Shown: positions 9,210 to 19,818 of the stretch, piece after piece
Numbering within the stretch: the stretch's first letter is position 1
How the letters are laid out: every line of letters starts with the position of its first letter
Virus record (IMG/VR): IMGVR_UViG_3300020471_001437
Source of the DNA: an uncultured virus (IMG/VR IMGVR_UViG_3300020471_001437)
Taxonomy: Duplodnaviria; Heunggongvirae; Uroviricota; Caudoviricetes
Direction: 5' to 3' (one strand)
DNA length: 56,340 nt
Program-made: the position numbers and the translations under genes
Notes under the pieces: model-generated
Seen by the model: only the letters and a program-made list of their open reading frames with translations
Databases searched by the model: none
What the model was told of the DNA's origin: nothing

Positions 9210-10913
9210 ATGTCAATGATTTCAGGAACCGCAAGCAATAACGAGTTAGAGTTCAATTCATTTCTCACCCCGGCCGGGCGAGATGCCTCTATTCTCGAAA
9301 TAGGGAACGTTTCCGGCGACATCGTAACTATTTCGGGGGGTACGGCAGACGAAGCCTACCAATCGCTTTTGGACACAGTATCAGCGGCAAGTCCGGCCAA
9401 TCCTTTCAACTTAGGCGATGTTAATCAATCTCCTTCGTCCATCGTTAACCTTCTCAACGGTTTGAAAGTGTACCAAGTCACTTCAACTGCGGGTCACGTA
9501 CTTCAGGCGGAAATCGTCAATGATGGTACAGGGTATTCTGCCGACCCATCCACCGCCTCCGCTACGTCGGGCGGCAGTGGAAGCGGTTGTCAAGTCGCAA
9601 TAACTTCAGTAAGTAGCAACAGGGTAACGGGTGTCAAAATCATCAATGCCGGTTCAGGTTATGTCGACGGAGAAACATTGACGATTAGCATTGGTGGTGG
9701 GAACGCAACAATCAGAGTCAACACAATCGTATTTTTCAAAACATTACTCTACACTCATGAATCGCATGGAATAGGCACAACGCAAAACTCAACCCTTTCG
9801 CAATTGAAGTCTCAAGCAGTGGCGTACACGGGCGGTAATACTGCCATGACCGATTTTGACTATGGGGCAGTAGGTGTGGCGGCACCAAAAATCTTTGATG
9901 AACCTTTGACCATTGTGAGTAAGCCTACCGATACATCGCACCGAGTTATCGTTGGTCAAGCAAGGAACCCTCACGCCGGTATTGGAGGAAAAAAGATTTC
10001 AGACGGCGGTTTGTTTCCCAACCCGTTTGGTTTTATGCCTGAAGATGGCATAATCTACTCGGCCGTCGATATAGTGTGTCGAAATTCCAACAACGCTCTT
10101 GCGGTAGGCCAACAAATAACAATGCCGGCTAACATCAGAGGGATGCTATCCGACAACCCCGCCTTCCTCACCTTTTTCCATGTTTTGGATGACGACCACA
10201 TTGTTCTTTTCACCAATTTAAGAATGCCGTCTCTCGCAGATTTTACTGCACCTGCAATGCCTAAATTCTTGACATCCGCGTCAGATAGGATGTTTGTAGG
10301 ACTTGGTTTTGAAGACGGAACCCCTTCGGGAACAGATAATTTTGCGTCTCCGGGTGTTATTGTCAACCCTCAATACTTGCAAATTGTTTCAGGTGAGTAT
10401 TCCAACAACGGCACTCTTATCATACCGACACATGTCAAGCGCATTGCCCTGTTCCCAAAAGACCATATGGCGTTCCTCCGTAGAGGAAAGTATCACCGCA
10501 ATGTATCACAGATGGGCCCTGATTTCGATGGGACTATCATTTCCGCTTCCATTTCAACGGCGGGTACGGGTTACGGCACAAATTCAGGAGGGGTTTCCTT
10601 CACTACAAGTGGCGGGCGTGGGAGTGGTTTCGCATTCACCACAGACACTAACGGCGGAGTAATCAACACAGATTTTACAATCACCAACGCAGGTGAAGGC
10701 TACTTGCCGGGAGAGATTTTGGATGTTGTTGGTGGTGCAGGTTCGGGTGCAAAAGTTACTGTTACTGCCGCAGGTAATTACTCACTTCCCTACATTAGTC
10801 TACCCGCAGGAGTAGTGTCTGAAATTGTGGTCAACACAGGAGAAGACTGTGCTATAACGCTTGTATCTACCGGCTCGAATGATGTCGTATATGTACAATA
10901 CTTAACGGGGTGA
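9210..10913 (+). CDS. Putative spike/fibre-associated protein
   Basis: Repeated GTGY...GGSGSG...I.NAGSGY..GE.L motifs typical of viral fibre/baseplate beta-repeats. Confidence 0.6.
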   Translation: MSMISGTASNNELEFNSFLTPAGRDASILEIGNVSGDIVTISGGTADEAYQSLLDTVSAASPANPFNLGDVNQSPSSIVNLLNGLKVYQVTSTAGHVLQAEIVNDGTGYSADPSTASATSGGSGSGCQVAITSVSSNRVTGVKIINAGSGYVDGETLTISIGGGNATIRVNTIVFFKTLLYTHESHGIGTTQNSTLSQLKSQAVAYTGGNTAMTDFDYGAVGVAAPKIFDEPLTIVSKPTDTSHRVIVGQARNPHAGIGGKKISDGGLFPNPFGFMPEDGIIYSAVDIVCRNSNNALAVGQQITMPANIRGMLSDNPAFLTFFHVLDDDHIVLFTNLRMPSLADFTAPAMPKFLTSASDRMFVGLGFEDGTPSGTDNFASPGVIVNPQYLQIVSGEYSNNGTLIIPTHVKRIALFPKDHMAFLRRGKYHRNVSQMGPDFDGTIISASISTAGTGYGTNSGGVSFTTSGGRGSGFAFTTDTNGGVINTDFTITNAGEGYLPGEILDVVGGAGSGAKVTVTAAGNYSLPYISLPAGVVSEIVVNTGEDCAITLVSTGSNDVVYVQYLTG

Positions 10914-13900
10914 TTGAGTGTGTCTAACCTCAACGGCAATTTGTCAGGAAAGGGTGCTCTTGTAGACACCAACAACGATGGCGTTGTTGACGGCTTTGCT
11001 CACACAATCAAGAACGCAGGTAATTTCAACACGTTCTCATTGACAAACGGCGTTCTCACAATACAAGGGCCAACAGGAGGTTCATCTATCGGGGGTTCTG
11101 ACACTCATGTTCAATTCAATGATGGAGGGGCTCTAAACGGTGAGTCCACGATGACGTACAACAAAACATCAAACACTTTGACAGTCAGCAATTTAACCGT
11201 CTCTGACACGCTTACCGTCACTACTACGACCACTCTAAACAGTAACACCGTTACAATCGGCGACTCGATTATCGTCTTGAATAGTGACGCTACCGGCTCC
11301 GCAAGTGCGAATGCTGGTATTGAGATTGAACGTGGTGATGATACTAACGTTCAGTTGCTTTGGGACGAAACCAATGACCAATGGGATTTCGACGGATTCG
11401 CGCTTGGTTCTGTCGGTAAAGTGTACGGTGCGGGTTCAGGTGCCGTTTACACATTTACTTCTGATACTGATACGGGTGTTGAACATACGGGCGCAGACCA
11501 ACTTGGTTTGCTTACGGGAGGTACCCGTGTATTGATGGTAAATGCAAATGGGGTCAATATCGCACCTGCGGGTGCAAGTGGCGCGAGTTCAAACCAAGCG
11601 TTACTTGTCGACGATGTCACAGTAGACACCCAAACAATTGGAACAAGTGGTAGCAACAAAAACCTCATTCTTGCGCCCCATGGTAGCGGAAGTGTTGAGT
11701 TAGGTGGAGTTAATTCAAATGCCACTTCGGTAACTACAACGGCTTCGGCACACAACGTAGTAGGTACAAGTGTCACAATTGGTGCTGGAAGTACAACCGC
11801 AGGTACAACAAACAACATTGCCGGTGGTAGTTTGACTTTGGCCGCAGGTCAAGGTAAGGGAAGTGCTGACGGAGGCTCTATTCTTTTCAAAACAGGTGAT
11901 GGTGCGGCTTCAGGTAGTTCGCTGAATGCACTGACTACTAAGATGATTATTTTGGATAGTGGTTTTGTCGGTATCTCGCAAAACACTCCCACAGTGCCAT
12001 TACATGTCGGTGGCGATGTAATCATTTCAGGCAATTTGACAGTTTCAGGGTCGTCTACTACGGTGTCGACTACCAATACGTTCGTTTCGGATGCTCTAAT
12101 GACCTTAAACAGTGGAGAAACAGGAAACGGTGTTACAGGTGGTATTGCAGGAATTGAAATCGACAGAGGAGAAAACAGCGGTAATGACAATCCAATAGCA
12201 CGATTCATTTTCGATGAGTCTGATGACGAATTCAAAGCGCAAATTGAGACAGGTTCCGACACAGGTAGTTACACTGCTACCACCCTCAAGGTAGGGGTGC
12301 TCAAAACAACAGGAATTAGCGACGATGATGCTAACACAATGGTTCAAGTCGAAGAAAGTGCAGATGAAAACAAGATTCGTTTCGATACTGCTGGTAGCGA
12401 GCGGATGATTATCACCGATGCCGGAAACGTCGGTATCGGTACATCGGCTCCCGGGTCTTTGTTGGAAGTAAGAGGACCAACAGGGACAGGCACCGCATCA
12501 GCAGGCGTCCTCACACTATCTACCGCAGAAACAAGTGTTGGTGACGGTGACCAACTTGGTAGGATTGATTTCCAAGCACCGTTAGAAGCGGATGGTTCAG
12601 ATGCTATATTGGTTGGTGCTTCTATCTACGCCGAAGCCGACGCTAACTTCACTAACACCGTGAACGCAACCGAATTGGTTTTCGCCACAGGTGCTTCAGA
12701 AGTTGCCGCAGAAAAGATGAGGCTTACTTCAGATGGTAAAGTGGGTATAGGAACAGCGACACCGAGCGAAATGCTTCATCTCGTTTCCAGCGCGGCCGCA
12801 AGCCCAACCATCATGATAGAGAACACAGGAACCGAAGCGGCAGAAGCAGAACTCATATTCCAAAGGACAGGTACGGCCGCGGCCTCTCAAGACATTGGTC
12901 ACATCAAGTGGAAGGCTCTCGACGATGGTGGGGCTACACACACCTATGGTAGTGTGTTTGTAGATGCCCAAGACGAGAGCGCAGGCACCGAAGATGGACG
13001 ATTCATTTTCATGGTTGCAAAAGGGGGCACAGACAACGTTGAAGTCTTGCGCCTAAGTGGCTCTGAAGGTTTCGTATGGAATGACCAATCCAAAGATGTC
13101 GACTTCCGTGTTGAGTCAAACGGCAACACGCACATGATACATGTTGACGCAGGTAACGACAAGGTCGGTATCGGAGGAACCCCAACAGCAGAGTTCCACA
13201 CATTCTCCGCAGGTAGTGGTGATAACGTAATCATTGAAACTACCGTAGCAAACTCCACAACATCTGCACCTAACCTTGTTTTGTACAGAAACGGCGCAAC
13301 AGCAGAAGACAACGACCTCATCGGACAAATTGTATTCAGAGGTAAGAATGACGCGGGTACACCCCAAGATGTCAACTATGTTACAATTGAAGCAGGGTTG
13401 GACGATGTGACTGATGGCAGTGAAGACGGTCACATGACAATCAATCTCATCGAGAACGGAACGCTTACGGAGTTCATGCGCATTAGAGCCGCTACCCGCG
13501 ACGTAGTAGTCAACGACCAAGGTGACGACATTGACTTCAGATGTGAAGGTAGTTCAGATGCTAATTTGTTATTCGTTGATGCTGATACTGATAAAGTTGG
13601 TATTGGTCTTGACGCCCCTAAAACAAAATTAACGGTTGAAGGAACTGTTACACTGAAAGAACAAGCCAACGCTGAAGCCGATACTGCGGCATACGGTCAG
13701 TTATGGGTCAAGACGGCGACACCAAACCAACTTTACTTCACAACTGACGCAGGCGACGACATTCAACTAACAAGTGGAACATCAATTGCTGGGGGCGGAG
13801 GCGGAACAGTAGATGTAGTCTCCAATGTGGCTACAAGCAGAATCCTTGGAAGGACAACCGCAGGTAGCGGTGATTCAGAAGAATTAACAGCGGCAAGCGT

Positions 13901-14357
13901 AAGAACCCTCCTCAATGTTGCAGATGGCGCAACAGCGTACGCCGACGCCAACGCCATCAGTGCCATTCAAACGGCGGCGACACTCGAATTAGCCGCAAAT
14001 GCAACATTCACAGCAAAAAGAAGCGTAGTTGAAGCGATTACCGCTAATGGCATCGCTGTTTCCGGTACTGCGTTAGATTTAATGGAAGACCAAAGAGGAA
14101 AGGTGTTGACCACTACTGTCGCAGGTGCCGCAGGTGTCAATACTATTGGTTTACCCAACCCCGCCGCATCTCAAATAGGGGACACCTATGTAGTCCTTAA
14201 CACGCATAGCGGTGCCTTCACAATTGATAGAGCCGGAGGAGCACACGGAACCGCTCAAAACTTGAACGGTGCGGCTTCAAATGGCTCATTGCCGGCGAAT
14301 GAAGCAGTCACTTTAGTTTACATAGACACAAATGCTTGGTGGGGAATAGGACTGTGA
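10914..14357 (+). CDS. Long fibre/spike (receptor-binding) protein
   Basis: 1147 aa, G/T/A/S/N-rich, repeated GNVGIGT.xP / KVGIG units and two AGIEIxRG modules. Confidence 0.75.
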   Translation: MSVSNLNGNLSGKGALVDTNNDGVVDGFAHTIKNAGNFNTFSLTNGVLTIQGPTGGSSIGGSDTHVQFNDGGALNGESTMTYNKTSNTLTVSNLTVSDTLTVTTTTTLNSNTVTIGDSIIVLNSDATGSASANAGIEIERGDDTNVQLLWDETNDQWDFDGFALGSVGKVYGAGSGAVYTFTSDTDTGVEHTGADQLGLLTGGTRVLMVNANGVNIAPAGASGASSNQALLVDDVTVDTQTIGTSGSNKNLILAPHGSGSVELGGVNSNATSVTTTASAHNVVGTSVTIGAGSTTAGTTNNIAGGSLTLAAGQGKGSADGGSILFKTGDGAASGSSLNALTTKMIILDSGFVGISQNTPTVPLHVGGDVIISGNLTVSGSSTTVSTTNTFVSDALMTLNSGETGNGVTGGIAGIEIDRGENSGNDNPIARFIFDESDDEFKAQIETGSDTGSYTATTLKVGVLKTTGISDDDANTMVQVEESADENKIRFDTAGSERMIITDAGNVGIGTSAPGSLLEVRGPTGTGTASAGVLTLSTAETSVGDGDQLGRIDFQAPLEADGSDAILVGASIYAEADANFTNTVNATELVFATGASEVAAEKMRLTSDGKVGIGTATPSEMLHLVSSAAASPTIMIENTGTEAAEAELIFQRTGTAAASQDIGHIKWKALDDGGATHTYGSVFVDAQDESAGTEDGRFIFMVAKGGTDNVEVLRLSGSEGFVWNDQSKDVDFRVESNGNTHMIHVDAGNDKVGIGGTPTAEFHTFSAGSGDNVIIETTVANSTTSAPNLVLYRNGATAEDNDLIGQIVFRGKNDAGTPQDVNYVTIEAGLDDVTDGSEDGHMTINLIENGTLTEFMRIRAATRDVVVNDQGDDIDFRCEGSSDANLLFVDADTDKVGIGLDAPKTKLTVEGTVTLKEQANAEADTAAYGQLWVKTATPNQLYFTTDAGDDIQLTSGTSIAGGGGGTVDVVSNVATSRILGRTTAGSGDSEELTAASVRTLLNVADGATAYADANAISAIQTAATLELAANATFTAKRSVVEAITANGIAVSGTALDLMEDQRGKVLTTTVAGAAGVNTIGLPNPAASQIGDTYVVLNTHSGAFTIDRAGGAHGTAQNLNGAASNGSLPANEAVTLVYIDTNAWWGIGL

Positions 14358-14361
14358 TACC

Positions 14362-15090
14362 ATGTGGGGAATGTTGGCAGTAAAGAAAGGCACCTCCATG
14401 AAGGATAAGAAGAAGCGTGCCGGGGGTGGTTCTCCGGCATCAGACGAGGTCAGAGTAGCAACAACCACAGGCACAGGTAATTTCGTCGACGCAGTTAAAA
14501 TCGGATTTTGGGATTTCGGAACATTTTCATACGCATATTCCGGCGGCATAAAAGACGGCTCAACTTCTGTATTATCAACAGGAAGTGACGTCAATGCAGG
14601 GTTTCCCTCTGCCACACCACGAACAATACAAACACAAAACTTCGCTGTTAGTGATTATCACGCGGCATTCAATTCAGTTTCCGCAGAGGTCCCAATCATA
14701 ATCGGTGGAGCAATAAGAACCACTTTAACCGGTAGCAACAGCAATACCAACAAGGAGCAATGGGGACAGATTTCGATTATTTCACAATCTTTGTCAAATG
14801 GCCTCCAAGCACGCTCATCACAAGTTGATGATACACTTGTTTATCCCGCGCAGGATAGAACAACTATGAACACAGGAAATACCAATCCTCCTTACGGTAT
14901 TTACAATTTGACAACGGGGAACTCTGGTGTCGCTATGATTTCGTTTAGAAACGGTAAAACGGGGGTCGCCGCTACTTCGTGTCCCCTCGCAGGTGACACG
15001 GTCACGGTGAGAGTTGTAGTCAATAATGCGTATAACCCCGGTCCTGTTGATATGTCAAGAGCCCATGATATAGTGATAAATTTCGTATGA
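14362..15090 (+). CDS. Putative fibre tip/adhesin
   Basis: Follows the fibre gene; T/S/N/G-rich. Confidence 0.5.
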   Translation: MWGMLAVKKGTSMKDKKKRAGGGSPASDEVRVATTTGTGNFVDAVKIGFWDFGTFSYAYSGGIKDGSTSVLSTGSDVNAGFPSATPRTIQTQNFAVSDYHAAFNSVSAEVPIIIGGAIRTTLTGSNSNTNKEQWGQISIISQSLSNGLQARSSQVDDTLVYPAQDRTTMNTGNTNPPYGIYNLTTGNSGVAMISFRNGKTGVAATSCPLAGDTVTVRVVVNNAYNPGPVDMSRAHDIVINFV

Positions 15091-15146
15091 AGGTAAACTT
15101 TGCTTAATGCGATTCATTCATGTGTAATGCGAAGCATGGGGTTATC

Positions 15147-15605
15147 ATGGCAGAGGTAGATTCCCCGTACAGAACGGGTCTAATCGACCACACCCCACCA
15201 AAAGTAGTTGGTGAGGAAGTGTGTACTGAACGGCCCTTTGAGTGGGCAGATGGCAACCCTGACGATGAAGACCGAAACGGGTACGGTGTCTCACTACGGG
15301 ATGGTAAACTTGTGATAGGTGAAAACCCAATAGTGGGCGTAACTACACGTGTAGATGACTATGACCCATCCATTCAGTGGGTTGCCACAAATGGATTTAC
15401 GAACATGCGTGCTACACGGGCTGACGGTAACGCCGGCTATGTTGACAAATCAGGCAGATTGTACTCCACCAAGAAAACTAAACATCGCAGTGGCCGCAGG
15501 ATAGGAATCGTGATGAAAGTCATAAAGGCCCCAAAATACACCTCATACATGTACAAGAAGAACGTTTGTGAAAAAGAAGGACTTGTCAGGGTCCTATTAT
15601 GGTGA
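15147..15605 (+). CDS. Peptidase G2 / intramolecular-chaperone-like domain protein (stand-alone)
   Basis: FEWADGNPDDEDRNGYGVSL..GKL and a C-terminal VMKVI...VRVLL resemble the phi29 appendage-type IMC domain. Confidence 0.5.
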   Translation: MAEVDSPYRTGLIDHTPPKVVGEEVCTERPFEWADGNPDDEDRNGYGVSLRDGKLVIGENPIVGVTTRVDDYDPSIQWVATNGFTNMRATRADGNAGYVDKSGRLYSTKKTKHRSGRRIGIVMKVIKAPKYTSYMYKKNVCEKEGLVRVLLW

Positions 15606-15611
15606 TTAAGA

Positions 15612-15902
15612 ATGGCAATAATACAGAAGATGGAATCTCCTTCGGGAGTTATGCTTGAGAACGGTTATCACAAAGTTACAGAGGGAACTTTGAGATGGAT
15701 AGAGAAGAAGCGACGTTGGTACATTCGGTACACAGTATCACATTACTTTGACCGAGCGGCTCGTAAGTCAGGTAAAGAACCTGTATTCTATTCCAACTAC
15801 AACATGAAGGTAAATTTGACCGACGAGGCACCCAATCCAATCACGCAAGCATATACACATTTGAAGACGACAGAAGGGTTTGAAGACGCTAAAGATATTT
15901 GA
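15612..15902 (+). CDS. Small fibre-associated/assembly protein
   Basis: MAI...NGYHKV...NPITQAYTHLKT.EGFEDAKD resembles small proteins commonly found after viral fibre genes. Confidence 0.5.
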   Translation: MAIIQKMESPSGVMLENGYHKVTEGTLRWIEKKRRWYIRYTVSHYFDRAARKSGKEPVFYSNYNMKVNLTDEAPNPITQAYTHLKTTEGFEDAKDI

Positions 15903-15923
15903 TGTGTATTCTGCATCTCATTT

Positions 15924-17483
15924 ATGACCAATCCGAAACGTACGGGTACCATGGCAGAGGTAACCGATGCAACACAGGAAGGCCGAAAGGTCACAGCGCA
16001 AGAAGTAAACATCATAGCGGCAAAGGAAATAGCCGCGTTGGTAAAATCGACGCTTGGACCAATGGGAATGGACAAGATGTTGGTCAAGAACGATGGTGGT
16101 GTTACCGTCACAAATGATGGTGCAACCATTCTTCGTGAAGTAAACATCACTCACCCAACGGCGCGCATGATTATTCAAGTCGCCAAAACACAGGAAGCAG
16201 AGTGCTACGACGGAACCACGTCAGCCGTCATTCTTGCGGGGGAACTGATGAAGCAGACAGAACAGTTGCTTGCTAAAGGAATCCACCCAACAATGATTGT
16301 ACGTGGTTTCAAGCAGGCCGCAAAGAAGGCCATCGCACACCTATCTTCTCTTGGTTTCAAAACGGAAGACAACATGCACAACGTGGCAATCACAGCCATG
16401 ACAGGTAAATCAGCAGAAGACGACGGAGAACACCTTGCAGAACTATGCGTACAAGCCGCAACTCGCTCTAAGCCGGTAGACGTCAATATCACCGTCAGAC
16501 CGGGTGCCCCCGTTGCAGATTCATTCTTCACCAATGGCTGTATCGTGGATAAGTCAAAAATGACACACAACATGCCTGATTTGATAGAAGATGCGCGTGT
16601 TGCTCTATTCGATTGTGAATTGGGTAATCAGCAGATGGGCAACGGAGTCAACATGCAATTTAGCGACTCCGAGTCAGCGAATAAGTTCATGGCAGACCGT
16701 AAGAGTGAACTTGTTACACTCGCCGAGTCCATTGTTTCAGTTGGTGCTACCGTTGTTTTGTGCATGAAGGACATAGACCCTGTCGTAGCCGAACAACTGT
16801 CCCGCATGGGGGTATACGCCGCACGCAGAGTAGCCGCTTCTGATTTAGAGGCAGTAGCAATTGCCACAGGAGGTACAATAGTTAGCAACGTGGAGGAACT
16901 TGAACCAACCGACCTTGGTTCTTGTGGTACCGTTCGTGAAAAGAAGTACGAACTATCTCCGCGTCCACTACTGTTCTTTGATGATGTCCCCAATGATACA
17001 GTTTCAAGTATCATGGTGTTTGCTCCAACAGAACACCTTGCTTACGAAATAGGTAGGGCACTTGACGACGCGGTTGGTGTTGTTTACGTAGCACACACTG
17101 ACAACGACATCATAGCAGGAGGTGGTAGTGCATACATGTCGATGTCACTTGCCGTCAAAGAATTTGCATCTTCCGTCGGTGGAAGGGCGCAATTAGCGGT
17201 TGAGGCATTCGCCACCGCGTTAGAGGTAATACCCTCTACGCTTGCCGAAAACTGTGGTTTGTCCCCCATCGACACCCTTCTCAAATTGCGTGTAGCCCAC
17301 AGTGAAGGCGCACACAACGCATACGTTGATGTCTACACCGGAGAGATTGAAACGTCGAATGCTGTCGTCGAACCCAAGCGGGTGGTTAAGACGGCAGTAC
17401 AATCAGCCACAGACACAGCATGTATGATACTACGTATTGACAACATTGTCACAGCGAAAGAACCCGACGAATTTGGGATGTGA
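15924..17483 (+). CDS. ths: Thermosome (group II chaperonin) subunit
   Basis: STLGPMGMDKML, TNDGATIL, HPTA, YDGTTS (canonical GDGTTS), AGGG, VVEP, ILRID. Alternative start at 15951. Confidence 0.95.
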   Translation: MTNPKRTGTMAEVTDATQEGRKVTAQEVNIIAAKEIAALVKSTLGPMGMDKMLVKNDGGVTVTNDGATILREVNITHPTARMIIQVAKTQEAECYDGTTSAVILAGELMKQTEQLLAKGIHPTMIVRGFKQAAKKAIAHLSSLGFKTEDNMHNVAITAMTGKSAEDDGEHLAELCVQAATRSKPVDVNITVRPGAPVADSFFTNGCIVDKSKMTHNMPDLIEDARVALFDCELGNQQMGNGVNMQFSDSESANKFMADRKSELVTLAESIVSVGATVVLCMKDIDPVVAEQLSRMGVYAARRVAASDLEAVAIATGGTIVSNVEELEPTDLGSCGTVREKKYELSPRPLLFFDDVPNDTVSSIMVFAPTEHLAYEIGRALDDAVGVVYVAHTDNDIIAGGGSAYMSMSLAVKEFASSVGGRAQLAVEAFATALEVIPSTLAENCGLSPIDTLLKLRVAHSEGAHNAYVDVYTGEIETSNAVVEPKRVVKTAVQSATDTACMILRIDNIVTAKEPDEFGM

Positions 17484-17488
17484 AATAA

Positions 17489-17701
17489 ATGACAGAGAAA
17501 CAAGAGGAAGAGAAACAAGAGCCCACAGTCAAGGACAAAGTCCTTACCGTTTTGGGGCATTTGAACGCATTGGAAGCCAAGTGTGTTAACATCGTATATA
17601 TTCCCTCCACAGGGGAATTGATGTTGAATCACACCACAGGTATGCCCCGACATGAAATAGTCGGACTATTGGAGGCTGTGAGAGATGAGACAAAAAAATG
17701 A
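17489..17701 (+). CDS. Hypothetical protein
   Basis: 70-aa ORF coupled in the operon. Confidence 0.55.
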   Translation: MTEKQEEEKQEPTVKDKVLTVLGHLNALEAKCVNIVYIPSTGELMLNHTTGMPRHEIVGLLEAVRDETKK

Positions 17702-18506
17702 CCACCCGTTAGGGATGATGGCCAATCCTCTCGTTGGTATGGCATTAGACCCATCAGCAGACCCACTGTTGAGCGAAGAAATGATGCAAGTGCGTGAAGA
17801 GCAAAGAGACCACGAACTTCGCTTACTTGGAACAATGTTGTTCCAAGCATTCTTTTTGTCACTGTGTATCTTACTCTATGAACGTTGGGAATGGTCTCAA
17901 TTCAACAGCCTTTACGAAGCCATGATATTTTGGTTTACAGCGTCGTTTGCGCTCCAAGCGGGGTTTTATTTTATTTACCGCGCAGGGTTTGAAGATTCTA
18001 ACAGCCACAGGAAAGGACTACGTAAGATGCGTACGTCTAACAAACGCCGTCTTGCAATGATTAAGTACCAACAGGAAAAGAGACAATTAGAGACTGTACT
18101 TGCACAACAAGTTCAGATGTTTGAACAGTCCTATGCAAACGCAATGTCTGATGGACATATCGACCAACAGGAGAACGCGATGCTGGGAAACCAAATGAAC
18201 CAACTGTTAGCAACAGTACAACAGTTACAGGGGTCTCAATCTCAATCCCAAGTCCCCCGTTCTCAATCTCCACAATTGACCCCAGCGGACGTGGGCCTCG
18301 GACGCATGGACATCATGGGGTTGCCTATCGGCCCGAAATTGTCGATTTCGTCACTACCCGATGGCGGACTACAAGGTGGTCAAGTATCATTCCAAGGCGG
18401 TCCCCCGAATCAACCCTCGAAATTGAACTTACAACCGGCAGGAACCCAAGAAGAACAGGAAATCAAGAAAGCAGAATCGTTGGAGGCAATAAACGAAAGC
18501 CTGTGA
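17685..18506 (+). CDS. Membrane protein with coiled coil and Q/P-rich tail
   Basis: Two TM helices followed by a Q-rich coiled coil. Confidence 0.6.
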   Translation: MRQKNDHPLGMMANPLVGMALDPSADPLLSEEMMQVREEQRDHELRLLGTMLFQAFFLSLCILLYERWEWSQFNSLYEAMIFWFTASFALQAGFYFIYRAGFEDSNSHRKGLRKMRTSNKRRLAMIKYQQEKRQLETVLAQQVQMFEQSYANAMSDGHIDQQENAMLGNQMNQLLATVQQLQGSQSQSQVPRSQSPQLTPADVGLGRMDIMGLPIGPKLSISSLPDGGLQGGQVSFQGGPPNQPSKLNLQPAGTQEEQEIKKAESLEAINESL

Positions 18507-18575
18507 TGTGCGGAGGGCTTACCAAAGCCGGCACGCCGTGTCGCAGAATTACCAAAGGTGGGAGGTGCTACTTAC

Positions 18576-18794
18576 ATGAATAGATGGAAACCCGTGTCAC
18601 CCAAACACTTTGCAAAGACCCTTAGACGCACTTCACAGTTGCTATTGGAATACCACGAAGAAAATGGCACACACCATATAGACGAAGTTACTAAGTTATT
18701 GTGTGTTCTTTCCAATTTGAAGTACACCAAGGTTGAGGAAACCGGAGAAGAGATGTACTTCATAGATTTCGTCGAATACATGGGGGGAGATTAA
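18576..18794 (+). CDS. Hypothetical protein
   Basis: GGAGGTG RBS before the ATG at 18576. Confidence 0.5.
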   Translation: MNRWKPVSPKHFAKTLRRTSQLLLEYHEENGTHHIDEVTKLLCVLSNLKYTKVEETGEEMYFIDFVEYMGGD

Positions 18795-18795
18795 C

Positions 18796-19044
18796 GTGCC
18801 ACTTGGCTACAACATCTTTCGTAACAAAGATGACGACCAAAGAGAAGCAATGGTTTCACAGAGCACGTATGCCAATGAAGGCATAACTTGGCACATTCGA
18901 ATGTTAAAATTGAGATACATGACGTACACTACACTTTGGACAGTGGGCGCGGTGTGCACTACTGCTCTTGTTGACTACTCTCTCTACATATTTACCGACC
19001 ACAAAGGGTTGCTTGGTTGGTTCATTTCTTCTGTCTTGGGGTGA
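18796..19044 (+). CDS. Small membrane protein
   Basis: GTG start, hydrophobic C-terminal half. Confidence 0.55.
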   Translation: MPLGYNIFRNKDDDQREAMVSQSTYANEGITWHIRMLKLRYMTYTTLWTVGAVCTTALVDYSLYIFTDHKGLLGWFISSVLG

Positions 19045-19050
19045 TGCCGA

Positions 19051-19764
19051 ATGGCATCCGGTGAAATCCTCGTTGCCCACGGAATGTGGGAGGTTATGAG
19101 ACAATCCCGTGGTTACGTGCCTCATTCAGTTGGCGTTTATGGGGCTTCTCAAACAGGAAAAACGACCCTCGATAGGCAGTTGACTACCCAAGGGGAAATC
19201 AGGCCATATGGTGAAGATGACAGAACCCACCACACGTTTCGCAGGGGTAAGTACATGCTTCCCGAAGCAACACACAAACGGATTCGTAGTAGGGGAATGA
19301 AAAGAACGATTGTATCAAGAGACATAGGGGGACACGTAGAGTACCATAGTACGTGGTTGCGTGACCTTTGGTTGCGCAAAGTCAAAACCATTGTTGTGGT
19401 AATGGACCATAGACACATGGAAGACCCAGCCAATACAGATAACCAAGTCGCGCTTTCGTACCTTGTAACTTCACTTCAAAACCAAACAAGACCCAAAGGA
19501 CTTGGTTTGAGGCGCATATTCCAACGTAGGTACATGCCACAGCGTATCATATTGCTGATGAACAAAGCCGACGAATGGATGAATCAAGAAACGTATTCAC
19601 AATGGGAGCAGGGATTCATACTACGCCACCCAATTTTTGACGCGTTTAGACAAACCTTGTACGAGATACAGGAAATGAAGATACCGCTACGCGCAGACGC
19701 TTGTTCTGCCGCAGTTGGGTGGAATGTAGATGAAGCAATTTTCAGAGGTTTAGCAGATTTGTGA
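19051..19764 (+). CDS. Small Ras-superfamily (Arf/Sar-like) GTPase
   Basis: G1 GASQTGKTT, G3 DIGGH, G4 NKAD and G5 CSA, in correct order and spacing. Confidence 0.85.
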   Translation: MASGEILVAHGMWEVMRQSRGYVPHSVGVYGASQTGKTTLDRQLTTQGEIRPYGEDDRTHHTFRRGKYMLPEATHKRIRSRGMKRTIVSRDIGGHVEYHSTWLRDLWLRKVKTIVVVMDHRHMEDPANTDNQVALSYLVTSLQNQTRPKGLGLRRIFQRRYMPQRIILLMNKADEWMNQETYSQWEQGFILRHPIFDAFRQTLYEIQEMKIPLRADACSAAVGWNVDEAIFRGLADL

Positions 19765-19818
19765 GACCGATTCATTGATGGCTGGTTACATGTTGGGAAG
19801 GGTAGAGGCGAATACACA

